Source: an uncultured Vicinamibacteraceae bacterium
Lineage (GTDB): Bacteria > Acidobacteriota > Vicinamibacteria > Vicinamibacterales > UBA8438
Length of the DNA stretch: 64,000 nucleotides
Direction of reading: 5' to 3'
Assembly: GCA_964591245.1 (NCBI GenBank)
Contig: CAZPZZ010000005.1
Coordinates: 653 to 64,652 of the forward strand
How positions within the stretch are numbered: position 1 is the stretch's first letter; each line of letters opens with the position of its first letter. This document shows positions 9,609 through 17,201 of the stretch, one piece after another. A program made the translations under genes and the position numbers. The notes beneath the pieces were generated by a model. It saw nothing but the letters and a program-made list of their open reading frames with translations. It was not told where the DNA came from and ran no database searches.

Positions 9609-10948
9609 TCATCACAAAGAAGGCACTGTCACGGCGAACGTTTCTGAAAGGCGCACAGGCCACTCTGGCCCTGCCGTTGCTCGATGCGATGGTTCCAGCT
9701 GCGACGGCCTTGGCCATGACGCCGGCCAAGGCGGTGCGCCGGCTCGGCTTCGTGTTCGTGCCGATGGGTTGTGATCACGCTCGGTGGACCCCGAAGGAGA
9801 GAGGGGCGCTCGGTCAGTTGACGCCCATTCTCAGCCCACTTGAGCCGGTCAAGGATCAGCTCACGGTCGTGACCAACATGGAGCTACAGAACTCCTACCC
9901 GGGAACGCACGACACCTCGAATTCAGGGTTCTTGAGCGCTGCGTATGCGAAACATACGGAGGGTTCCGACTATTTTCTCGGGACCACGTGTGACCAGGTC
10001 GCCGCCAAGCAGATGAGCCAGGACACGCAGTTGCCCTCGCTCGAACTGGCGATGGACCTGAATCCGTTGGCCGGCGTCTGTAACAACGGCTATGCCTGCG
10101 TGTATCAAAACTGTTTGTCATGGTCTTCTCCGACCACACCGTTGCCGGCTGAAGCTCACCCGCGTGTCGTGTTTGAGCGTTTGTTCGGGGAGGGAGGAAC
10201 GCCGGCAGAGCGGCGGAAGGCTCTCAAGGCCCGCGCGAGCTTGCTTGATTCCTTTAGCCACGACATTGCAAAGCTCAAGGGTGCGGTGAGCCCGGAAGAT
10301 CGCACTCGGGTCGACCAGTATCTTGACAGTATCCGAGAGGTCGAGCGGCAGATTCAGCGGGCGGAGGCTGGCGCTGAAGAGAACCCGCTCCCTGATTTGG
10401 ACCGACCCGTCGGAGTGCCGGTTGCATTTGCTGACCATGCCCGGCTCATGTTCGACCTGCAGTTGCTTGCATTCCAGGGAGACATCACGCGGGTGGTGAC
10501 CTTCCAGCTCACTCGCGAACTGAGTAATCGGACGTACCCGGAAATCGGGGTGCCCGATCCGCATCACCCGACAAGTCACCACGGCAATGACCCGGAAAAA
10601 CTAGCGAAGATCGCGAAAATCAACACATTCCACGTGTCGCTGTATGCCGAATTCCTGCAGAAGCTCCAGGCCACGCCAGAGGGTGATGGCACGCTACTGG
10701 ACAACACGGTGTACTTGTATGGCAGCGGGATGGGTAATCCGAGTCTGCACGATCATGTGAATCTGCCGATCATGGTTGCTGGCGGTGCTGCGACGGGCAT
10801 GAGAGGTGGACGACATATCAAGTACGAGAACGGTACGTCTCTTGGTAATCTGCATCTGACACTCCTCGACCGAGTCGGGGTCAAATTGGATGCCTTTGGC
10901 GATAGCAACGGCACGGTCGAGACGTTGTTCGACCGAGTTGACGTATAG
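9605..10948 (+). CDS. DUF1552 family protein, TAT-exported (copy 2)
   Basis: ATG at 9605 overlaps the upstream TGA (ATGA). Carries SRRTFLKGAQATLALPLLDAMVPA, DPHHPTSHHGNDPEK and LPIMVAGG. It is a paralog of the gene at 220..1578. Confidence 0.85.
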   Translation: MIITKKALSRRTFLKGAQATLALPLLDAMVPAATALAMTPAKAVRRLGFVFVPMGCDHARWTPKERGALGQLTPILSPLEPVKDQLTVVTNMELQNSYPGTHDTSNSGFLSAAYAKHTEGSDYFLGTTCDQVAAKQMSQDTQLPSLELAMDLNPLAGVCNNGYACVYQNCLSWSSPTTPLPAEAHPRVVFERLFGEGGTPAERRKALKARASLLDSFSHDIAKLKGAVSPEDRTRVDQYLDSIREVERQIQRAEAGAEENPLPDLDRPVGVPVAFADHARLMFDLQLLAFQGDITRVVTFQLTRELSNRTYPEIGVPDPHHPTSHHGNDPEKLAKIAKINTFHVSLYAEFLQKLQATPEGDGTLLDNTVYLYGSGMGNPSLHDHVNLPIMVAGGAATGMRGGRHIKYENGTSLGNLHLTLLDRVGVKLDAFGDSNGTVETLFDRVDV

Positions 10949-10987
10949 GCAGCTTTTTTGTTTGAGCCACGGTAGGGCGTTGTTTTA

Positions 10988-11026
10988 ATTGCCGGTCGCG
11001 TTGCACTCCACGGCGCGACCGGCAAT
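10988..11026. repeat. Perfect 13-bp inverted repeat (stem-loop) between DUF1552 copy 2 and the ankyrin gene
   Basis: ATTGCCGGTCGCG (10988-11000), a 13-nt loop, then CGCGACCGGCAAT (11014-11026). No U-tract follows on either strand. Confidence 0.6.
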
Positions 11027-11144
11027 CCTCGTACGCGCATGTAGTGAAATAAGGACGGATGGGTATTCAAGTTTCGGGGAGTTGTGGTCTGGGGCACGGG
11101 GAGAGCCGCAGATACACTCCGCGGACTACACCCCAGCGAAGAGG

Positions 11145-12689
11145 ATGATCATGAAGCTGAGACGAATTATCGGATTGTGCGTCCTCGTACTCGGAGTGAA
11201 TGGCTCAGGCGCCGCGGCCGTCGATGCGACGCTTGCGGATGCTGTTGAGCAACGGGATCACGCTCGTATCAAGGCATTGCTCAACACGGGGGTTGACGTC
11301 GACGTACCGCAGGTTGATGGTATGACGGCGCTGCACTGGGCGGTGTTCCAGGATGATGCGAAGATGGTGCGGGCGCTGGTCCACGCGGGCGCGAAGGTGG
11401 AGGTGAGTAACCTGTATGGGGTGTCGCCTCTCTCGGTGGCTGCGACCAACGGAAACGCGGAGATCATCAAGACCCTCCTTGAAGCCGGGGCCGATGCCAA
11501 TGCGTCGTTGCGTGGTGGGGAAACGGTGCTCATGACTGCGGCGCGCACCGGCAGCCTCGCTGCGGTCGATGCACTCATTACGGCCGGTGTCGATGTGAAT
11601 GTTGTGGAGAGCCGGGGCCAAACCGCACTGATGTGGGCTGCCGCCGAGGGGCATTCGGCTGTTGTCGACGCGCTCGTTGCGGCGGATGCTGATGTGCACG
11701 CGAAGCTCAGTTCTGGATTCTCTCCTTTGTTTTTTGCCGTTCGGGAAGGCCATATCGACGTCGTCCGCGTGTTGCTCGGGAAAGGCCTTGACGTGAATGG
11801 CGTGCTGGAACGTGTCAAGGATGGGCCGGATGTTACGCAAAACAACGCGACCTCCCGTCCGGTTGACGATGGGGTAAGCCCGTTGATCATGGCCGTGCGT
11901 AATGGTCATTTCGAGTTGGCTGTGGAGTTAATCAAAGAGGGCGCTGACCCAAACGATCGTCGTTCCGGTTTCTCTCCGCTACATACAATTTCGTGGGTAC
12001 GTAAACCGGATGAAAGCGATCGGGGCGATCCAGCGCCCATCGGGTCTGGCAATCTGACGAGTCTCGCGTTTGTGCGTGCCCTCGTTGCCCTCGGTGCGGA
12101 TCCGAACCTCCGATTGCACGAAGATGCGCCCCGGCAGCCCAATTCGGCGTCGAGCCTGGGTTCTGGCGGCGCCACGCCGTTCCTGTTGGCAGCCGACCGC
12201 GCAGATGCGACGTTGATGAAACAGCTACTAGACCTTGGTGCTGATCCATTCCTGGCGAATTTCGAAGGCAGCACACCATTGATGGCTGCCGCGGGCCTGG
12301 GGACGTCGGCACCGGAGGAAGAAGCCGGGACCGAGCCAGAGGCGCTGATTGCGACCAACTTCCTGCTTGATCTGGCTGCGGATGTCGATATGGTCAACGA
12401 GGTCGGGGATACAGCCATGCACGGCGCCGCTTACGGGAATTTCCCGACGGTCGTGCAACTGCTGTCCGACTATGGTGCAGACATCCAGGTGTGGAACCAG
12501 AAAAATGAGAAGGGCCGGACTCCTCTCTTCATTGCGGAGGGGTTCCGTGATGGTCTGCCCAGACAATCCCTGGCGACGATCGATGCGATCACCATCCTCA
12601 TGGACGGGGCTGGCGTGTCCACCGCCGGAGAGCGGCCGGTTCATCGGGACCAGTACGAGCGCGTCCCTGAGCCTCCGCGGCAGCGGTAA
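11145..12689 (+). CDS. Exported ankyrin-repeat protein
   Basis: MIMKLRRIIGLCVLVLGVNGSGAAA is a signal peptide. Many ANK units follow (DGMTALHWAV..., GVSPLSVAATNGNAEIIKTLLEAGADAN, GQTALMWAAAEGHSAVVDALV...). GAGG at 11141-11144 favours the ATG at 11151. The ATG at 11145 is in the same frame. Confidence 0.85.
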   Translation: MIMKLRRIIGLCVLVLGVNGSGAAAVDATLADAVEQRDHARIKALLNTGVDVDVPQVDGMTALHWAVFQDDAKMVRALVHAGAKVEVSNLYGVSPLSVAATNGNAEIIKTLLEAGADANASLRGGETVLMTAARTGSLAAVDALITAGVDVNVVESRGQTALMWAAAEGHSAVVDALVAADADVHAKLSSGFSPLFFAVREGHIDVVRVLLGKGLDVNGVLERVKDGPDVTQNNATSRPVDDGVSPLIMAVRNGHFELAVELIKEGADPNDRRSGFSPLHTISWVRKPDESDRGDPAPIGSGNLTSLAFVRALVALGADPNLRLHEDAPRQPNSASSLGSGGATPFLLAADRADATLMKQLLDLGADPFLANFEGSTPLMAAAGLGTSAPEEEAGTEPEALIATNFLLDLAADVDMVNEVGDTAMHGAAYGNFPTVVQLLSDYGADIQVWNQKNEKGRTPLFIAEGFRDGLPRQSLATIDAITILMDGAGVSTAGERPVHRDQYERVPEPPRQR

Positions 12690-12856
12690 CGGGTGGTGGC
12701 CCGTGGCGAGGTCCCCGGTCTTTCTACGGGGGGAAGCCCCGGGCCGAAACCGTCGGCGCGGCGTATTTGGAATGTGGTCTCAATGCATTGAAAAGGGTCG
12801 GCGCTTGAGAAAACCCTGACGACGCAACAAAACGTCTATATCAATCAGATACAGAA

Positions 12857-12894
12857 AACCTACAGGCTTAACAGCTTGTAGGTTTTTTTGTTTT
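12857..12894. terminator. Strong intrinsic terminator hairpin inside the AT-rich islet
   Basis: AACCTACAGGCT-TAAC-AGCTTGTAGGTT forms a 12-bp stem with one G.U pair. It is followed by TTTTTGTTTT on the plus strand and preceded by AAAA. Confidence 0.65.
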
Positions 12895-13062
12895 ATAGCC
12901 TTATTTTCAGAATTGTTTAACGCTTCTCTATTATCAGTAAAGAGTCCAAGACGTTTAATTGCTGGATGTTCCGTGCCAGATTTCGTTACGGCTTCTTTAT
13001 TGAAATCAAAGACTCGTCATGCTGCCTATTGCAGAAGCTCATAAAGTTCTCATCCCCGGTTA

Positions 13063-13437
13063 TTAGAGCACCCTATCTAGGTCTATCACACGTTTATCTC
13101 TCTGTTTTCTTCGCGCGCCTTCGAGACATTTAGTGAACTCGTTGTCACGCTGTTGGGTTTCCTTTGACTCCTCGACGTCTGGCAGCAGATTAGCCAGGCT
13201 GTTGGCAACCCTCTTATCATCCGTGGCTAGCCCTTCCGCGTTTCGACAGGTCTCGATAGCATCTCCGTATTCCCCGAGATGGATCTGGATCTGCGCTACA
13301 GTTACAACCGCATCTAGTTTGTCTGGAACTAAGGTGCTTACTTTGTGAAGAATGTCTAAGGCCTCGTCATAGCGGTTCAGCGATGCGAGTCTTTGAGCCT
13401 CCGCAAGAAATTCAATTGAATCTATGGGCGGTGACAT
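13063..13437 (-). CDS. Small TPR-like hypothetical protein encoded in the AT-rich islet
   Basis: 124-aa ORF with ATG at 13437. Helical-hairpin TPR-style segments are present (AEAQRLASLNRYDEALDILHKV; AQIQIHLGEYGDAIETCRNA). Its composition is very different from the flanking genes. I recognise no homolog. Confidence 0.45.
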   Translation of the reverse strand: MSPPIDSIEFLAEAQRLASLNRYDEALDILHKVSTLVPDKLDAVVTVAQIQIHLGEYGDAIETCRNAEGLATDDKRVANSLANLLPDVEESKETQQRDNEFTKCLEGARRKQRDKRVIDLDRVL

Positions 13438-13713
13438 CGCGGTGTGAATACTTTTGTATTTGACTCACTCTTTATTTTCTTAAATATTTTGCAATTGCGT
13501 TTAAGTTAAACACTAACGCCGAGCCCCGGTGGGCGCGGCATGGGTAACGCTAACGAGGGCCCGACGCCGTTCGCCGGTAACGCGCTAACCGCCCGCTCGC
13601 CCGCCATCCCCATCTCGTCGCGGGCGTGCGCGTGACCCACTGACCCGAAGCCTCCACGGCGCGCCGCGTGGAACAGCCTCGAGCCAGAGGGCGACCGTCA
13701 AATTATTGACAAT

Positions 13714-14095
13714 TCAGGAGCCAGCGGACTCGCCGAAGATGGTGACCCCGTCGGGATTCTCACCAACGTCTGCGACATTTGCCCGTATCCATGCCAGCGC
13801 CGCGATCTGATCGAGCGTGACGTAATCGTCCGACGCCCCGTGGTCCGACTCAGCCCGCAGCGATGCGGGCGCGAGATAGTCCAAGGCACCAAGGCGGGAG
13901 TTGATGGTCACCAAAACCACACCACGGCCAGCCAGGGCTGCGCCGCCATAGGCAATATCCGCGCTGTTACCTAGACCGAATCTCGCCATGGATCCACACC
14001 AATACCGGCACCAGAGCCCAGGAAACGGCTGCGGTCCAGGCGGTGAGGTAAAGACAGGCCCCTGGCATCGCCTCAACTCCGGCATCGAAGAAGCC
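13714..14095 (-). pseudogene. Type-B carboxylesterase remnant, frameshifted and truncated at both ends
   Basis: One frame reads ...ACLYLTAWTAAVSWALVPVLVWIHG (compare EDCLYLNVW...PVMVWIHGG). After a frameshift near 13990 the next frame reads ...GVVLVTINSRLGALDYL...DYVTLDQIAALAWIRANVADVGENPDGVTIFGESAGS, then stops right after the GESAG nucleophile elbow. The sequence downstream is not esterase-like. Confidence 0.7.
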
Positions 14096-14104
14096 AGCTT
14101 CTCA

Positions 14105-14132
14105 TTGACACCTTGATTACTTCCCGTATAAT
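14105..14132 (+). promoter_or_regulatory. Consensus sigma70 promoter for the repeat-protein gene
   Basis: TTGACA (14105-14110), a 16-nt spacer, then TATAAT (14127-14132). Both hexamers are perfect consensus. The element lies about 220 nt upstream of the ATG at 14351. Confidence 0.5.
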
Positions 14133-14350
14133 CAATCTGGGCGCTAGGTCAAGCCCATCCTTCCTTGCCTGATCGGCTATTCCCAGAGCCGGTTGAACGA
14201 TTTTTTGTGTTCGTGTAACTGGGGATTAGTGCTTACAGAAGCTGCCAGCGCGCGGCATTGTGCACCGGCGACGGGATGCCCGGAGTCGGCTACCTCTCCG
14301 TTTGCGCTCTCTTCAGCGCTTCATGCCAGGCGTTTATTCAAGGAGTAGTT

Positions 14351-17101
14351 ATGCAGAGACATCGAGGACGGCTAGCCCGTACGACCACCTCGCGTCCACC
14401 GTTTGCGCTGAGTCTGGGCCTCCTGCTTGGGTTGTTTGCAGTTGTAGGTGCCGTGACCGCCGAACTTCAAGCAGGAAACACCACGTATCAGTGGCATGGC
14501 GAGCTGGTCTCGCTCAGTGATGACCCCGATGGGATGGCCCTCACGGCGACGTCGCGAGTGGTGACAGCCTCCGCACTCGCACACGTGGAGGGATTGAACG
14601 CGGGCGATCCGATCGTGATTACCTGGTCAGGTTTTGGAGACCGTGCGAACGGTATCCGATCTATTGCAGCCGATGATGGGTCCGGCTTTAGCCCGCGCGA
14701 CAGCTTCCGTCTGCGGGCGACCTTCGTTGAAGCAGATCTTCCCGGTCAACAGCTCACGTTCAAGGTGACCGGGAGCGCACGGCATTTGGCGTCGGTTCAT
14801 CGTTTGACCAGCGGGCTCTGGGCAACGGTGACCTCGCCACACCGGCCATCGCATGGGCCGACCGCGGTCCAGGCGGTTGAGGCGTATGCGCCGACCGGTG
14901 GTCAGCGCCAGGCGCGGATGGGGCCACCGGATGGTGCAACGTATCAGTGGAGCGGCGAACTGGTGTCCCTTGTTGAGGCTCATGGGAGACCGGCGTTGTG
15001 GCTCAAATCGAGAATGGCTTCAGCAGATGCGCTTGGCGGCGCCAATCTGAGTGCTGGAGATCCTATTCTGATTACCTGGTCTGGCTACAACCGGTCTGCT
15101 GATAGCATTCGCCGCGTCGCACGGGACGACGGGTCAGGCTTGTGGGGGAGTGACCGGCTCTTGCTGCGTGCGGCCTTTGTCGGTGTGTCCGGTAGTTATC
15201 TGACATATGTCGTACAGCCATCGGAGGAGAGCCTCGACACGCTGCGTTCGCTGCGTCGTGGGATGTGGGCGACCGGGACGTCACCCCATCGTCCGGATGC
15301 GGAGATGGCCGAGGTGGTCGACGTCGCGGCTTTTACCTCGACGATGGCAAGAGCTGGAGGTGCGGCACCTGCCGCTGGCGATACGTATCGCTGGGCGACC
15401 GAACTCGTTTCGCTCGACGACAGCGGTCGGGCGCTCTCCGTTCGTTCACGTCTCGTGACGTCCGAGGCACGAGCGGCGGTCGACGGTCTCGAGTCTGGTG
15501 ACGCCATTCTCATCACCTGGTCTGGCTCAAAGAGCTGGGCGGATGGTATTCGCTCCGTTTCGGCGGACGACCGCTCTGGCTTCTGGGGCAGTGACCGGTT
15601 GCTTCTGAAGGCGACGTTTGTCGCCGCTGACCCGGCACGTCAATACATGACATTTACGGTGCCGCCACCGGCGGCTGGGGTTGGCACGTTGCGCGGCCTC
15701 GCGCGTGGAGCCTGGGCTACGCTGACGTCACCCCATCGTCCAGACGCTGCCATGCCGGTTGCTGGTGTCGAGAGCTTCGTGGCCACGCCAGCCCAGCGTG
15801 CGGGGGTGAGTCCGACAGCTGATGACCAGTATCAGTGGCACGCTGAACTCGTGGCGCTGAACCAGGCGGATCGCAAGCTGACGGTCAAAGCACGTGTGGT
15901 CTCACAGCGAGGCTTGGCGGGCGCCGCCGATCTGCAGGAGGGTGACTCGATCATCATTGCTTGGTCTGGAGTCGAGGACCGAGCGGATGGAATTCGCGCC
16001 GTCGCACGTAACGATGGTTCTGGCTTCTGGGGAAGCGACCGACTGCTGCTGACGGCTGAGTTCGAGGCACTTACGGGTCAATATTTGACCTTTACGGTGA
16101 CGCCGCCGCAGGAGAGTCTGGCCATGGTTCAGACCCTGACGCAGGGCAGCTGGGCGACGTTGTCGAGTCCGCATCTTCCAAGTGCAGGTATGCCGGTGAC
16201 GGGCGTCCAGGCCTACGCCGGACAGACGATGCCGAGGCAGGCTGGACCGAGCCCTCGGGCAGGTGAACTCTATAGCTGGAACGGTGAGCTGGTATCGCTG
16301 AGCCAGGGTGAGAGCACCGGCACATTGACCGTCACGTCGCGAATCGTGACCCCGGAAGGTCTGTCTGGAGCTGCCGATCTCGACTCGGGCGATCCGATAC
16401 TTATCACCTGGTCTGGCTTCGAGAATCGAGCCAGCGGCATTCGTGCGGTGGCGAGAGACAACGGCTCTGGCCTTTGGGGCAGTGATCGTTTCTTGCTCCA
16501 GGCCGAGTTCGTCAAAATCGAGGGCCAGTTCCTGACGTTTACGGTACGGCCGCCATCCGACAGCCTTGCTGCAGTACGCACACTGACGGCTGGAGCGTGG
16601 ACGACGGTGATGTCACGCCACCGGCCATCAGAAGACGTCGATGCTGTCGAGTCTGTTGATGCGTTCGATCCAGCTCGCCGAGCGAAGCGGTATGTCTGGG
16701 GCGGTGAACTTCTCTCTGTTGACGAAGCCAGTCGGACGCTGGAAGTATCTGCACCCGTTGAGGAACACGTCTTCCGCTATGCCGACCGGTTTACCGAGGG
16801 TGATGAGGTCATGTTGATTTGGGCGCCTCGCCCCGGTGGTTACGAGGTGCAGGGCATCCGTTACCTGGAGCTTCGTGCAGAGTCCAGTCTGCGTCACGGG
16901 TACGTGTTGCCGGCGACCTTTGTTGCTGCGGATGAGGAGAACGGTCGGATGAGGTTGCAGGCGACGGTGCCGCAACGGACGGTCGAGCGACTCTCGGGAC
17001 TGGAGCCTGGTTCGTGGATTGAGGTGACCTCGTTATTCGATCAGTCGGGAGAGACCGCGGCCGTTTTGGGAGTGCGAGCATTAACCCATGAGGTGAACTA
17101 A
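14351..17101 (+). CDS. Secreted protein made of six tandem ~145-aa repeats of an unrecognised domain
   Basis: AGGAG at 14341-14345 is followed by ATG at 14351. MQRHRGRLARTTTSRPPFALSLGLLLGLFAVVGAVTA is a signal peptide. See the repeat feature at 14483..17098. Confidence 0.85.
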   Translation: MQRHRGRLARTTTSRPPFALSLGLLLGLFAVVGAVTAELQAGNTTYQWHGELVSLSDDPDGMALTATSRVVTASALAHVEGLNAGDPIVITWSGFGDRANGIRSIAADDGSGFSPRDSFRLRATFVEADLPGQQLTFKVTGSARHLASVHRLTSGLWATVTSPHRPSHGPTAVQAVEAYAPTGGQRQARMGPPDGATYQWSGELVSLVEAHGRPALWLKSRMASADALGGANLSAGDPILITWSGYNRSADSIRRVARDDGSGLWGSDRLLLRAAFVGVSGSYLTYVVQPSEESLDTLRSLRRGMWATGTSPHRPDAEMAEVVDVAAFTSTMARAGGAAPAAGDTYRWATELVSLDDSGRALSVRSRLVTSEARAAVDGLESGDAILITWSGSKSWADGIRSVSADDRSGFWGSDRLLLKATFVAADPARQYMTFTVPPPAAGVGTLRGLARGAWATLTSPHRPDAAMPVAGVESFVATPAQRAGVSPTADDQYQWHAELVALNQADRKLTVKARVVSQRGLAGAADLQEGDSIIIAWSGVEDRADGIRAVARNDGSGFWGSDRLLLTAEFEALTGQYLTFTVTPPQESLAMVQTLTQGSWATLSSPHLPSAGMPVTGVQAYAGQTMPRQAGPSPRAGELYSWNGELVSLSQGESTGTLTVTSRIVTPEGLSGAADLDSGDPILITWSGFENRASGIRAVARDNGSGLWGSDRFLLQAEFVKIEGQFLTFTVRPPSDSLAAVRTLTAGAWTTVMSRHRPSEDVDAVESVDAFDPARRAKRYVWGGELLSVDEASRTLEVSAPVEEHVFRYADRFTEGDEVMLIWAPRPGGYEVQGIRYLELRAESSLRHGYVLPATFVAADEENGRMRLQATVPQRTVERLSGLEPGSWIEVTSLFDQSGETAAVLGVRALTHEVN
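14483..17098 (+). repeat. In-frame tandem coding repeats (units start at 14483, 14939, 15383, 15827, 16268 and ~16688)
   Basis: Unit spacings are 456, 444, 444, 441 and 420 nt. The recurrent motifs are Y-x-W-x-x-E-L-V-S-L, GD-x-I-x-ITWSG, GIR-x-V-x-x-D(D/N)GSG(F/L)WGSDR(L/F)LL, LTF-x-V and G-x-WAT-x-TSPHRP. The sixth unit is divergent. Confidence 0.85.
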
Positions 17102-17147
17102 ACGGCGGAGGGGCTTCGTCCCCTGATAGGTCGCGAGAATCGCGTAT

Positions 17148-17192
17148 GGGCGAGGGGCGGACCACCGGGTCCATCCTTCGCCCTTTTCTTTT
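17148..17192 (+). terminator. Rho-independent terminator after the repeat-protein gene
   Basis: GGGCGAGGGGCGGACC-ACCG-GGTCCATCCTTCGCCC (13 of 16 positions paired) is followed by TTTTCTTTT. Confidence 0.6.
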
Positions 17193-17201
17193 GTCCTGAG
17201 G

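Noticed and set aside
11205-11909. 234-aa and 210-aa minus-strand ORFs antisense to the ankyrin gene
   Set aside because: Ankyrin repeats are clear on the plus strand. The antisense frames are Arg/His/Ser-rich shadows.
12913-13515. Possible terminal inverted repeats (gtttaa-type strings) bounding the AT-rich islet
   Set aside because: The matches are only 6-8 nt and imperfect, as expected by chance in AT-rich DNA. No transposase or target-site duplication is present.
13440-13713. GC-rich non-coding stretch with repeated ctaacg/ggtaacgc strings, considered as an ncRNA or tRNA-like element
   Set aside because: I could fold no cloverleaf or known RNA motif by eye. It is most simply degenerate sequence left by the rearrangement that truncated the esterase gene.
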